Shown: positions 50,101 through 62,824 of the stretch, piece after piece
Position numbering within the stretch: the stretch's first letter is position 1
Layout: each line of letters opens with the position of its first letter
Assembly: GCF_001949145.1 (NCBI RefSeq)
Contig: NW_019091357.1
Location: 62,001-126,000 of the forward strand
Length of the DNA: 64,000 nucleotides
From: Acanthaster planci
Lineage: Eukaryota
Direction of reading: 5' to 3'
The notes under the pieces: model-generated
Told to the model about the DNA's origin: nothing
The model's input: the letters and a program-made list of their open reading frames with translations, nothing else
Database searches by the model: none
Translations under genes and position numbers: made by a program

Positions 50101-53100
50101 TATAGTACGAACATTATTTTTTTACGAATGCATGTACAAGGACCTTGTAAATATATTTATGCTATTTGTGTTTTGAAGGAAACATGCTTTTAGACACAAA
50201 ACTAGGAAATACAATAATTATATAGTTAAAGAAGTCTGAAATTACCTTTTGCACAATCAAAACTTTCAAGACATTTCTGCCTTAAAACATAAACCGAAAA
50301 AAGAAATTTGTCCAAAAAACAATCTGCCTTATGGCATTTGGAACAAACAGTAATTACAAGCTCATTAACTGCCAACTATCTACCCCTCTGCAAAAACATC
50401 CTGGTCAGATGACATGCCACAAAAGCAAACATTGACACTTGATTGAAAGGTAAACATAGTAGAAGACAGATGATTAAACAATGCTGACTGTTGTTAAGTA
50501 TACATGTGTGGCAATTTCCTGCCACTCAATTCTGTTCCTGCTCCTCTTTCTTTTCTTTTCCTTCTTTTTTTTCTACAACTTCCCATTAAAGTATGTCTTC
50601 TATTTGTCGTACACTGAAGACTCATGGCATTACATTTATTCACACTGATAAACCCTAAACTACCAAGATATTTAATTAGCAATTTGAAGATCCCTTTAAA
50701 TCAGGAACTTCCTAACCATTATGTAACTTGAAAGGTCAAACCTTATTTACCGGATTTGAAATCCAACATCGATCTGACTGAATATTTTTTTTCAAGGAAA
50801 CAGTCAATATAGTCTGGTCTTTTGACCCAACTCAGACCTATGGACAACACAGGACTGGTATACCAACTGTTGCTAAGGGGATGTCAAAATGTCAAGAGGG
50901 TCAGTTATTGTTCCTTTGTTACTATGGCTGGGTGATTGACAGATGAGAGCATGAGGTGCCATAGTGATTTTCCTTCTGCATGTGAACTGCAACAACCTCA
51001 TCATTTTCAAGATGTATTTTTGCGTTGGGGAGATGTTAATTATATATAACGGGTTTGCCCTTACTAATTAATATACGTTAATAATATAATATTAATATAC
51101 GTTGGGTAAGGGAAAACCCGTTATATATAATTAACCTCATCATTACCAAAAAAACACATTACACAAACATTTTGCAAAATCGATTCCAATACCCCAAATA
51201 ATAAAATAGTTAACCCTATCAACCAGCAGTCGCTATACTGCCAGTTTCAGGTCTACCAGTAGATTTGAAGCATTTTTTTAAATAGAAAAATGTACTTTGC
51301 CAGTGGTGCAAAGAGCTGATCAAGACTACATACTGGACAAAAATGAACAATAAGCTGAAGTGGAATTACTGCTCATAAAAAGTAGCCACTGTCAACGATA
51401 GTAATATGGCATCAATACAAAGGTTGCTACGACAGGAGTTATTTGTATCAAGGGTCACTGGTACTTTTTATTACATGGGGATAAGAACATACATTGTACA
51501 ATGTAGACCTTAAATACATTCTGCCTACTACACAATACAGCGAGCTTTAAACGCAAACAGACAATTTTATATGATTTCCAGATTTTGAAGACCAGGCAGG
51601 TGAATCATGAACAAACCCAATGGAGGCTACGAGTGCCTCGTTAGCTGACTAATGCATGCATAATACTTGTAGTCAAAGGTTTTGGGAAAGATAAGCCTGA
51701 ATAATTGAGCAGTAAACTTCTGAATATTTCATCATTATGGATCAGGCCAGGGAAATTTGGCTGGTCTTTGAAGCATTCTACTGCAGGATGGGCCTGGCAA
51801 TTATGCAACATAAGGAAGCCTCAGAGTGTTTCAAAAATGAGTTCAAACAACTCCAGCTTGTTACCGTATGACAAAATGGCAGCAACAAGATCTGTAGAAC
51901 AAGGGGTATTCTGCACAAATTTATAAATCTAGTACTGTCTACTGGGTTTTCCAAAGATGTTCTTTGCATTGGGCAGAAGGGATTGCATTTCACATTTATG
52001 ATGCATTTTACCCTTTCGTCGATGTATTTTTATAACACTGTATACTCAGTATAGTCAGTGTAGTCCAAGAGCTGGCAAAAAAGTTTTTATGATGTCACAC
52101 ATTCAATGATTGCTCTGCTTATGTTACGATTAATTTTTTTACACATTTTCTGACATATTTACTAGTGTCGTGCCTTGAGCCACATCTATACTATTGTACG
52201 TACAACTGATTAGCCTGGCTAATATTTTGGATGGCCCCTGATATTTTTTAAAAATGGAACTGGCTGCCCCTTGTGTCTTTGTCAATCTTAAGATTCTCAG
52301 ATGTCATGAAAAAGTTAATTTTAAGCGCACAATTAAAGAAACGGTTCAACCTCTCTCATCTATAAAGATCCTCTGATTATCAAGCAACAATACCGTACTC
52401 TTTCAAGATTCCAAAGGTCTTGAAGTTTACAATCCTTATCATTCACAAGACAGCAGTCACTGTGACATTGGATCACAAGCAACAATGAGTACATGTACCG
52501 TACTGACCAAATAAATGTCAGTTTCTGAGTTACAGATTCCAAAAACTAAAACTTCAGCTTCTAGTGAACTTTTCTCCAAAACAGTCTCATTGCCAGTTCT
52601 CACAATATATCAACACTGAGTGTATTTGTAAAGTTGCACCTTTTCACATTGCAGACTTCTCATTGTGTGCATGTGGATTAAAGTAGGATTACCTTAAATA
52701 ATGAATTCCATTAGAATGTGTAGAAAGGGATTAACAGAACATATTGAGAATATCCTTGGATAAATAACTCTTCCAGGCCTGACTTCTCTTCATCCCCACC
52801 TCCAACAAATCTATATTTGCCCAACAGAATTTTTCCAACCAAACCACTTTGAGAGCCCACACAGATGCCTAAAAGTTTCTCACTTCCCAAGGCCAACAGA
52901 ATTGTGTGCGGAAAATATTCTTTCTAGTACTAAGCAGTGGAACAATGGTTGTGTTTATCTGTTTGTCAGGTGAAGTTGTGAAGAGGAAAGTGAACTGCAA
53001 ACAGGCAGTTGTTCAAATCAACTTTAAGTGGAGTTGCAATGCAAACACCCACTCAACTCACTACTAACCCCACCTCCTTAAAAAATTACAACTACAAGTG

Positions 53101-54983
53101 CATACATGTACATGTACAGGCATATCTTTATCATGACAATCATCACCAAATTTTCATGCACATTACATTGTACATGTATAAGAACTACTTGAAATAAATG
53201 TGGAGTTAATATACATGTAGGTAGTGTCCTGTCACAGAGAATCTTTAGGGAGGCTTCAAACCACACAGTTAATTATTTAAAGGAATATTCGACATTTGAC
53301 AATGCAACTATATGAAAAAGAACTCACCAAGTCATCAGCAGTCACCACTGGTGGAACTGTCAACAAATAAGAATAATAATTTTAAATGACTGGATCTATA
53401 TCTTCTACTCAGACAGAAAAACTGAGGTAAGGGCAGTTCACTTTCAATTAGAAAAAATCCCCTTTTGAGAATATTGACCAGGCAAATTGATCAAAATCTT
53501 ATCATTTAACCTAAATAACTCATACTCCAATAATCCTGTTGGAATGTTATCAACTGTGCCAAACACTTAACACATTTCCTAATCTAGAAACTTTGGATCT
53601 TTATTGAAATGCAAGCTGCCAACATAGTGTATAGGGATCAGTTTTTAACAAGCATAGAGAACCAAAGGTCATCAACCACACAATTGACTTCATCTGGAAC
53701 AACAAACACTGAACTAAGCAGCGAAGCCTCACAGACAATAGAAAAACTAATGTCAAAGACAATTTCCATTCATCTGCTGTCAACAAAAAAATTACTTACA
53801 ACATTAGAATTACTCATAATTTGGTTCGGTTGAGTGAAAAATAGGTAGGTATTATGTACCGGTACGTAGGAAAAATGTACTGAACTTGATTCCAGTGAGG
53901 CTGTTTGGTTATTTAAATCAACCAAAAATATTCAAGTCAAGAGGTACGGTACATGTATTTGAAATGGCAGTGAAAAAAACCCAGCCTGTACAGACGTCAT
54001 TATTTACTCCGGCAGTCTGTTGAAAGATATATCATTTGGCAATTATTGACAAATTATCTGCCCAGGATTGGGTGTCCACTGCTGCCATGGCAACAGGGAA
54101 ATAGATTGGAGGGTATTGTTTACTTTGATCATTGTGCTAAAATCTGTGTGTGCATATTCTATTTCAAACACTTCTGTTACTAAAGCACAGTCCTGCACGC
54201 TACATGTGGGAATCATTTGAAATACTGAGCAAACTTGTCATATTACTCTCAATAGGTTATTTACAATGTAGGCCTACCGGTACACAGTGCTACCCGGCTA
54301 GAGGCCAGAATTTTTCAAAGTAAAAACGTCCTGACTGTATTTTACAAGTAGCTGTATGGCATTTCTACTGCCACTTATCAACATACGGATAGTGTGGGTG
54401 TACAAACACTATAAACACCTCTGTAATCAGCAACAAATGTCAAATACTGCTCGCCTGTAGTTGCCAGATATAGCCAAATAGTCTGTGTAATAATGAACAC
54501 CGCATATTACGTGAACCACTTATCAACTTTCTCCTCCTTATCTAATTTAAAGACCAACCCAATTTTTCTTCTGCCAGCATCCTTCTTTCTTAACTGGTGC
54601 ATTTACAGTAGTGTCTAACTTAGTCATGTCATCCTTGACCAAGTCAAAGTGATCAATGCACACATAAACCCTTAACATAAGCTCCAGTCTTAGAACTTGA
54701 GTCCAAACAACTAGGTATTTCATGCATAAAGTGATTTTAATCAGCTCCCAGGAACCAGTAATAAGTTTATTTTCATCAAGTCCTCCCTGCGAGACAAAAT
54801 AAACAAAGCGTCTTAATGATACAGAAAAATGTGATGAAACAGGGTTTCTTTTTAACACAGTGTCCAACATTTAACATCTCTTTCAGGCATTCAAAATCCA
54901 TTTCCAACTTTCACCAGCATTGGGACTTTATACAAAATTGATAAACTCATCAGCTTACCTATGGATATTTTTTTCTGGGGCAT
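38166..54983 (-). CDS. RGS22: Regulator of G-protein signaling 22 (multi-RGS-domain protein)
   Basis: The spliced N-terminus MPQKKISIVPPVVTADDLEDFLATDDLFVDYFNAFLQLPTFPEPLIFN resembles vertebrate RGS22 as I recall it. Exons: 54983-54959, 53356-53328, 47656-47594, 47272-47033, 46595-46482, 46156-44925, 44460-44296, 43979-43775, 43536-43133, 42984-42804, 42504-42403, 42172-41978, 41819-41733, 41569-41407, 41193-41015, 40892-40665, 40330-40169, 39932-39750, 39622-39470, 39352-39136, 38764-38675, 38380-38166. RGS-type motifs include KYLNKKYFFGPNSPA-like YLNKKYFFGPNSPAT and LENDVLFWLEVQKFK. Confidence 0.9.
38811..38980. mobile_element. Small MITE-like element in an RGS22 intron
   Basis: Terminal inverted pair GATCAATATAAT / ATTATATTGATC and internal inverted pair CACAATGCATGAAATC / GATTTCATGCATTGTG. 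Confidence 0.6.
49848..49861. promoter_or_regulatory. RFX X-box-like motif in RGS22 intron 2
   Basis: GTTACTATGGTGAC resembles the X-box consensus GTTGCCATGGCAAC. Confidence 0.4.
51035..51135. mobile_element. ~100-bp AT-rich hairpin / MITE in an RGS22 intron
   Basis: 30-bp arms GTTAATTATATATAACGGGTTTGCCCTTAC and GTAAGGGAAAACCCGTTATATATAATTAAC are reverse complements with one mismatch. Confidence 0.7.
54081..54094. promoter_or_regulatory. RFX X-box motif in the first coding intron of RGS22
   Basis: GCTGCCATGGCAAC matches 13 of 14 positions of the palindromic X-box GTTGCCATGGCAAC. Confidence 0.55.
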
Positions 54984-56139
54984 CTTGATTGTTCTCACAG
55001 CTGTTCAGAACTCCTGGGAAATGTACATGTTGATCATGACTCCAGGGTCCGCCAAAACGCAGTATTTTGTTCCACAGTAAAAATTAGGCCGATACTCCAA
55101 AACTGACAAAAGACTCAGATGTGTTTGCCCTTGCTGGAGTTTTCAGTTTAAAAAATCTCCATCTGAAATAAATTAATAATATTCAAATATTAGCATGTAC
55201 ATACACAGTAATGGAGTGCTGGAGTCAACTCAAGGTGTAACTTGAGCACAATGAGTAGCCCGAGCTCTAAATGTTCATGGCGTGGGGGGATGCACAAGCC
55301 TCCCATGAATGTCAGTAACATTTGGGCTGTGGCTACCTAGGCTAGGAAATGACTCCTGTAAACTCCACTGCTGGCAGATAATGTTGTGAGAGCATTTTTC
55401 CGTAAATTTCTACACAATGCATAGAAATTTCTCAAGAAAAAAGCAAACACATTTAACAAGGACAGAATGGGTGAACAGTAAATTTTTATGCAGAGGAATT
55501 TCCTTTTAAAGCAACTATAGCCTAACCTTAGTCAGTTTACAGAATTAGACCTAACCTATACTTACAGGCCTAGACCTACTAGTTCCCAGAAGTTTCAGAC
55601 TGGTGTGACCAAGGATGAGGATCCTGCCTCCTTGTTAATCTCCCTAGACTAGCCTTGTACTGAGTAGTCAAGAAAACAGGAGGAATTTCTACCAAGTACC
55701 AGGCAGGACAGCGCAGGACAAGAATAAATTTAAACAAAATTAACAAGGAATTGTATTTGATCTCGAGTTTAAGGTTAAGTCAAAAGTCCTTATATTCTGA
55801 CACGCTAATTTGATTGCCGTTGTTCTTAGTAGCTGATAAATGTGCTTAATAAAAATGATAACAGGGACTGCTTGATAGAAAGACGTGAGTACTAGTACTA
55901 GGCTACTGTTACTGTGGTAGGCCTAGGCCTACTTCTTTTAGAAGTTGTAGGCCTAACTAGCCTCGTAGGCCTATCTCCAAGACATGCAGGGAGAGCAAGA
56001 CTACTTGAAACTTGGATTTCTAAGAAGTGTAGGCCGATTTACCTTAACTTTAACAGTCAGAGCTGCAGGACAAAAAATATCCAGTTAGCACGCCTGACCC
56101 AGACGTATAACCGAACACCAAGCACTGCCATAATATGAT

Positions 56140-56400
56140 CACTTGCCGTTGCAGTGTTTTGTTGGCTAAAAACTCCACACAAATAATAAGCAGACCACCA
56201 CACTGTCAAGTTATTGCCATACCGGCACCGCCACAGTGCACTCAGCGGATAACGATCAACGATCGCTTGGTCTGTTGCTACTGGCAATCAGGTCACTGTA
56301 CCGTCCATGCATGCCGGCCGCGCGCAACCTTGACAAGCGAACAACTCCGTCAAAATGGTCTAGCGCCCTCAGTAGGTCTTTCAATCTTTATTCTTTTGGT
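56140..56400 (-). promoter_or_regulatory. Probable RGS22 promoter / non-coding first exon region
   Basis: Locally CpG-rich. Contains X-box-like GTTGCTACTGGCAAT (56274-56288) and TAGCGCCCTC (56361-56370). It lies ~1.2 kb upstream of the RGS22 ATG exon, which has its own acceptor near 55162. Confidence 0.45.
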
Positions 56401-57547
56401 GTTGCGTGTTTTGGCAACACAAACTCAGGCATTGGCCTCCCCGTTTTGAATTTTTTGGTTGAATTTGCAAAGTATTCAAAGAACAATAGGACAAGCAGTT
56501 CACTAACAACAGTGACAGGGTCTGAATGTTTTTTCCCGCCTAAGAATGAAAACAAATTTAACGCGAACTGAAATAAAAGCGTTTGTGAAATGGTGGAGTG
56601 GTTCAAACCGTCAACGCCATCCTTTTCTAATCCACTTTTCCAATCATCCATAGTTTCAGAAAAACAACCGCCAAAAAGAAATAGCGGACTCATCTTTTAG
56701 ATTGAAGGATTCGTCGTCATTTAAAAATATTCCCAGAGTATTTCTCCTTGGATCCCCACTCTGGAGAGCAAAGGACCCTTCCGATAATCCTAAGTACATT
56801 TCCAATGGTAAAACACAAATAACCCTTTATTCCACACCAGCAGATTTAAACTGATAAACAGGGGTTTTTCTTTTAATGTCCCAACAACCCTGGTTTCTTT
56901 ATTAAAATTAAGTTAAATCTCTTGTTGACCATACCAATTTTCTGTTACAAAACAATGCAAACTAGTGAGGCTTATAAAAGTAACTACAATGCCGTGTTTC
57001 ATTGTAAAACCAGAATTCCTGTGCAAAATGTTACCATTCTAAAATTCTGGCAATGGTAAATATCACCGCATCTTGTAATCTTTTCACACACTGAATAAAT
57101 AATCTTAAAAAATCAATTAACACTTTCAATCTAATAAAAACTGGAAAAGAAGAAGTGGACATAGTGGAAGGCATGAATAAGATTATTCATGGGTTTGTTT
57201 CAAACACTGTAAAGTAAACAAGACTGATTAAAATAAACTGGCCAACTTGAACTTGGAAGTAAGAAATTTTTAAACGATTTAGCTTCAGAGCTGTAGTATG
57301 CAATGTGCGTGTACAGCAAATATACAAGACAGAAAAATATAAAATCTGTATCAAACTTTAAGCCTTTTAAGTCTTTAAAGAAATCTGCAACAGTTACAAT
57401 ATTTACAACGTTGGTCAACTCCAAGTAATATCAATAAGACCCTTGAAAAAATCACTGTTACTGTGGAGTCTTGCCAGCAAAGGCATGTGGCAGTATTCCT
57501 CAGCTTTAGGATAGAATCACACTCATCAATATTCTTAAATGATCCTG

Positions 57548-60500
57548 TCAAATCTCAACATAAGACCCTAGCGCCTTGCAGACAGCTCGCTTCTCAGTAA
57601 ACACACGCATCATGAAGGTTCCTGGAATATTTGGGTTGAATGTGGATGGAATGATGATGTAACTTCCTGGAGCTAGTGTAAAACGTCGATAAACCTGACG
57701 GTAGTTGATGAAGGACCCAGACCGGCCAACTTCTGATGTATCTTGGAGTTGTTGTCTACTGTGAGGATGATTAGGATCATCCGTCTGAAATTTAAAAGAA
57801 GAGTATAATGTCTTCCATTCAACAAGTAATGTTACATATTTTTTCCTACAAATGATGACAAAATAAAACCTCACTACATTTAAAAAGTTTCATTATACAA
57901 AGACGATTTAAATGAACTTAATTTTTCACATTGAAATACGTGTATCACTCTCTCTTCCCCTTTCCCATACATAGCAATGTTTTGAGCATACTTCATAGAT
58001 CCTGAAGCCTATCTGTTGTCTCTTGGGTGCTAGGTTTTTCTTGCAGCGACGATATTCCTGGATGAGAGCTATAATGATGGAACATTTGCCTCGTTTCTCG
58101 TCTGAGTCAGTCGAGTGGAAATCATCTGGGGACCAAAAGTTTTAAGTGCTGCTACTGAGAGTGAAATCATGGGGTGGGAGTAAAATCATACTGATGTCAG
58201 AGGATTTGCCCCTGTTAGAGTTAAAGTAAGTGAAACTCCATCAATTCCTGAAACATTTGGCATTCCAAATATTCTATGAATATAAACATTTGAAATTTTT
58301 AGAGACTACACTCTGGAGAGGTATGGCGAAAAGGTCTCTTCACAGAAATATCAACATCTCTTACCTGGTTGTAAGAGAATGAAGCTAAACTGTGGATTGG
58401 TGTAGAATGTGTCATAGTTAGAACAACCACCTGCACTGACACTCTTAATCCAGTGTCCTCGCATGTCATAAACATGAAAACCTCCACCTGTAATGAATAA
58501 AACAAGCTACAATGACTTCATAGGAAACTATAATTCAACAAGGATGCTAACTCTGCCAATACATGTACTATGAACTCAAGAACTGTTAGCATTTTGAGCA
58601 AAGTTTAGTTTGCAAATCCAGGTAGATGTGGTAAGGTTAATAAAGGTTGGCAACATCATGTTTTCAAGACTTCAGTTTACAATGTCTTAATTTATAAATG
58701 TTTCCTAACCTGACTCATCAATGTCTGCTTTGCCGTCACCATCAAAATCTGGTCCCAAGGTGCACATTATGACAGAGTTGAACTTCTTACAGAAATCCTC
58801 AAAGCTCATCCTGTTACGAAAAAAAGTTGGGCTCTAAAATGCACACCTGAAAGAGGATTCATGAACTGTTAAATCTTAATACTTATGACCAGCTCTAAGT
58901 GCCACTTTGAAGTGGTATCTTATCTCCCTTGCTTGGTCCACAGAATTCCTCAATGTAAGCAGATTAACAGTACATCTGGATAAACAAAAAACAAATACCA
59001 TTCAGTCATCATCAACAGGCTCAATAGTACCTGCTTTTGATCCTCAAGGCATCTATACTCACCAAAACTCTCCATCATCCTTACGTTTGGGATTCAATCT
59101 TTCTCTCTCTTCCTTCTCAAGTTTCTTCCACATAGATGAACTAGATATCATGAGAAAATGAAGAAAACAATAAAGTACACAGTATACAAAAAGGTTCTGT
59201 TTTTATTCAAGTCTGTACAAAAGTAACACAAGGAACTTCAACTCTCCAGGCTTCTTCTGCTTAGTCATTCTTCACCTTTTCTTCTTTCCTTCCCATTGCA
59301 CGGGAGAAACTAAGCAAAAACACTGAAAACTAAGCTCCTTCGTATTGCAGAACCTACAATTCTGTTGCTTTGGACTGAGTTAAAAAAAATATTTCCATTG
59401 CCAATTTTAATCTTACTTATCACTCCAATCTCCTGTCCACTCAGTGCTGTTGCCCCACGGGTTCCTGACCCGTAGTAGTTTGGCAATCACTTCCTTGCTC
59501 TTTTTCTTCTTTTCCTGCTTCTTCTTTTTGTTCAAATGAACCACCTGAGAGTCAGTGATGGTGTAGGAATGGCCTGGTACAATGCCACTTTCATCCGCAG
59601 TCACATTCTGAAAGTCAGAATTCTGCAAGGGCAAGTTTGTAAAGAGAAAGGTCAGCTAAGTGGCATTTACAGCTTTTTTGAAGCTTAAAAATGGAGCAAA
59701 TTGATAAAAGCAATTTACTTACAGCACTTGAATTAAAAAAAAACATCTTCCCAGAGCATGCAACTCCACAGGACAAAAACCTACTATTAAATTTAAAATC
59801 AAATGACAGCTATGCCTACGACAAACCAAACCACCAAATGTGACCCAGTACAGTACTCATTGCTTGTATCAGATTCAAATTTGTAAATGCACCCTTGTGC
59901 CACGTAAGCAATGTGAAATTGTACCCCCCCACCACCAGCTAATTCTAACCTTCTTTGAGCATGCCAAGAAGGCACATGTCTTGACTCCTTTGTAGAGGAG
60001 TGCATAAAAATCTGCTGAGACACTCTCTTGTGTGAACAAGAAGACTTCTGACAATCCACCTGTCAGATCAACGAAAGCATCAGCTGCCATACCACCACTC
60101 AATCCCTGATAGGTACCGTTCAACCTGCACAATTCAATTAAAAAATCACAGATTTGAGTTTATATTGACCAGCTGTCAAAGTGGTTTAAGTGAGTCAAGA
60201 TTAGACAAATAAACCTTGATATCCAAATTAAACTATTTTCAAATAAAGTTCTTACTTTGCATAAGCCTTCTCCATCAGGGCAGGCCAAAACTCATTTTTC
60301 TCACTGGATGAAGCAAAGACCAGCCGGTTGTTCTTTGTGGGTAGTCTGTCATCTATGACCACATCTACCCAACGTCCAAAACGCCAAAACTTAAAGTGAA
60401 TGGCTCCAATATAGCCTGGTNNNNNNNNNNNNNNNNNNNNNNNNNNNNNNNNNNNNNNNNNNNNNNNNNNNNNNNNNNNNNNNNNNNNNNNNNNNNNNNN

Positions 60501-62824
60501 NNNNNNNNNNNNNNNNNNNNNNNNNNNNNNNNNNNNNNNNNNNNNNNNNNNNNNNNNNNNNNNNNNNNNNNNNNNNNNNNNNNNNNNNNNNNNNNNNNNN
60601 NNNNNNNNNNNNNNNNNNNNNNNNNNNNNNNNNNNNNNNNNNNNNNNNNNNNNNNNNNNNNNNNNNNNNNNNNNNNNNNNNNNNNNNNNNNNNNNNNNNN
60701 NNNNNNNNNNNNNNNNNNNNNNNNNNNNNNNNNNNNNNNNNNNNNNNNNNNNNNNNNNNNNNNNNNNNNNNNNNNNNNNNNNNNNNNNNNNNNNNNNNNN
60801 NNNNNNNNNNNNNNNNNNNNNNNNNNNNNNNNNNNNNNNNNNNNNNNNNNNNNNNNNNNNNNNNNNNNNNNNNNNNNNNNNNNNNNNNNNNNNNNNNNNN
60901 NNNNNNNNNNNNNNNNNNNNNNNNNNNNNNNNNNNNNNNNNNNNNNNNNNNNNNNNNNNNNNNNNNNNNNNNNNNNNNNNNNNNNNNNNNNNNNNNNNNN
61001 NNNNNNNNNNNNNNNNNNNNNNNAGACATAAAGACTGGACAATAAAACTGTATACAGAATAAGGATAGACTATTCAGGTTCTCACCCTCCTGACAAGATC
61101 CTTGTGTTGAGCAATACCGGCACATGCAGCTAGGAACCAACAATCAGACAGGATACCTTGTATGACATCCTCACGACTTGTACCGTCTACAAACATGCAT
61201 GGTTCATCGCAGATTTCCTGTTCAAATTTGTTTTCAAATAGCAAAAGATATTGATATTATTCAATGAAATTATTCAATGAAATGTGAAGATTTATCAACT
61301 AGGCTTGGTACAATCCTAGAGGCCCAAAAATTATTACTTTCAAGGGTCTAAGCCATGTATTTTTAAAATAATACAAACCTCCAAAATGCTTCTTGGTTCC
61401 TCTGTTAACATAACTTTCTTTTTATTTGTCTTTTCATTATTTCAAAATTAAAAGGTATTTTTCAATAAATTTAACCCAAAAGGAAGGGCAAATAATTTCA
61501 TACATTGACAGAGAGTGTTACACTGCAGAACAACTGTGTCCTAGAAAAATTTATTGTTTCAAACCTTGTTTCAAACAGTTTTACAATACATGTAATTATT
61601 CGACGCAATTTTCTTTGTGATGGTACCGTACGGCAACTAAATGTGCGCAAAGATTAACTTACTGAAGGTCTCTTCCAAACGATGTCTTTGTTTCTTTCTG
61701 CATCCAAGAAAAGTGAGGAGGTATCCGCTGGGAAATCTGGATCTTCATATAAGTTGCCTTCTAACATGTTCTCAAGCCTCTCCTTAAACACAACATAATC
61801 CTGTGAAATCAAAGTTGACAACACAAGGTTTGCTCAGAAAATGCAAATATATGAGGGACACGGATAGGGCAATTGATAACAGGCAAGTTTTATAGAAATT
61901 ATGTTAATACAGGTAACGTGTGTGACCGTACAGTTGTCGAGTCCCTAATTTAGCTACCCACATGTACTGTCAAGTTTGGTTTTCACAGTAAGTGGCGAAA
62001 TATGGGACCTGGTGACTATACGGTCCCACAAGTTACTTCCTAACAAAATAAAGGATTGTGATACTTGCCCTAAAATGGTTTCTCCCATACCCCAAGACTA
62101 TTCAAATGCAAGCAGTTAAAGAGTGGTGTTGTACGAGAGCCTGACACAAATCCAAAGAAAAGAAATGAGAACATACCTCTGTGACTCCTAAGATAAGTTC
62201 ATGATCAGGATGTGGTTCTTCCGCTTCCTCCTCGGGTTCTGCTTCTTCTGATTTCATCTCCTCACACGTCCAGAATTCTGCCTGATCTTTGATAAGTGGA
62301 ACTGATGCCTTTCTTTGTCCCATCAGATGGGCATCTTCAGTAGGTGAAGGGCAAGCATTTGGAAGACTGACTTCAAAGTTAGCAGATTTTGCAGCTGGCT
62401 TTGCTGATGTTTTAGAGTTCAAGTGAGTATGCGGTAGGTGTTTATTTGGATGTGGACGTGTCGCCGTTTTGAAAGCTGGTTCTGTGGGTTTATGCAGTCT
62501 TCTGGTTGTGGATTTGGGATTCTTAGGTTTAGACTTAGTCCGAGAGGGTGTGATGTGGGATGGAGCTTGAGGTGGGTTAAGAGTGGCTACGCCATGGTTG
62601 TAACTTCCAATACCTGGTGGTTGGTTTGGATACAGTGTCATGTGATCCATGGTGATCTTATCCTGTCGAGATTGTAGAGAATCCTCATTGGATGGTGATG
62701 TTTGATTGTGGTATCCATTGTAGAAACTACTGTAAGTATCATTCTTTTTTGGATGGGACTGGTTGGTGTTTGTGGGACCTCCACTGATGTAACCACTACC
62801 TTCCAATGAAGGGCTGCATCCCAT
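57548..62824 (-). CDS. Non-classical calpain (CysPc + CBSW/domain III, no penta-EF-hand) with long N-terminal extension starting MGC
   Basis: Exons 62824-62177, 61800-61663 ([15 protein letters not shown]), 61217-61086 ([15 protein letters not shown]), [gap]-60256 ([34 protein letters not shown]), 60124-59950, 59622-59417 (GHSYT, RVRNPWG), 59140-59063 (DDGEFW), 58810-58710, 58487-58365 (SAGGC..NPQF), 58125-57992 and 57784-57548 ([18 protein letters not shown]). The Cys-His-Asn triad is intact. Confidence 0.92.
60421..61023. other. Assembly gap (N run) covering the 5' part of one calpain exon
   Basis: Run of N; calpain coding sequence ([12 protein letters not shown]) runs directly into it. 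Confidence 0.95.

Noticed and set aside
53601..53833. Short ORFs on both strands in an RGS22 intron
   Set aside because: The RGS22 N-terminus is fully explained by exons 54983-54959 and 53356-53328; these ORFs show no motifs.
60365..61143. Long ORFs of 211-250 aa
   Set aside because: Artefacts of the N gap.
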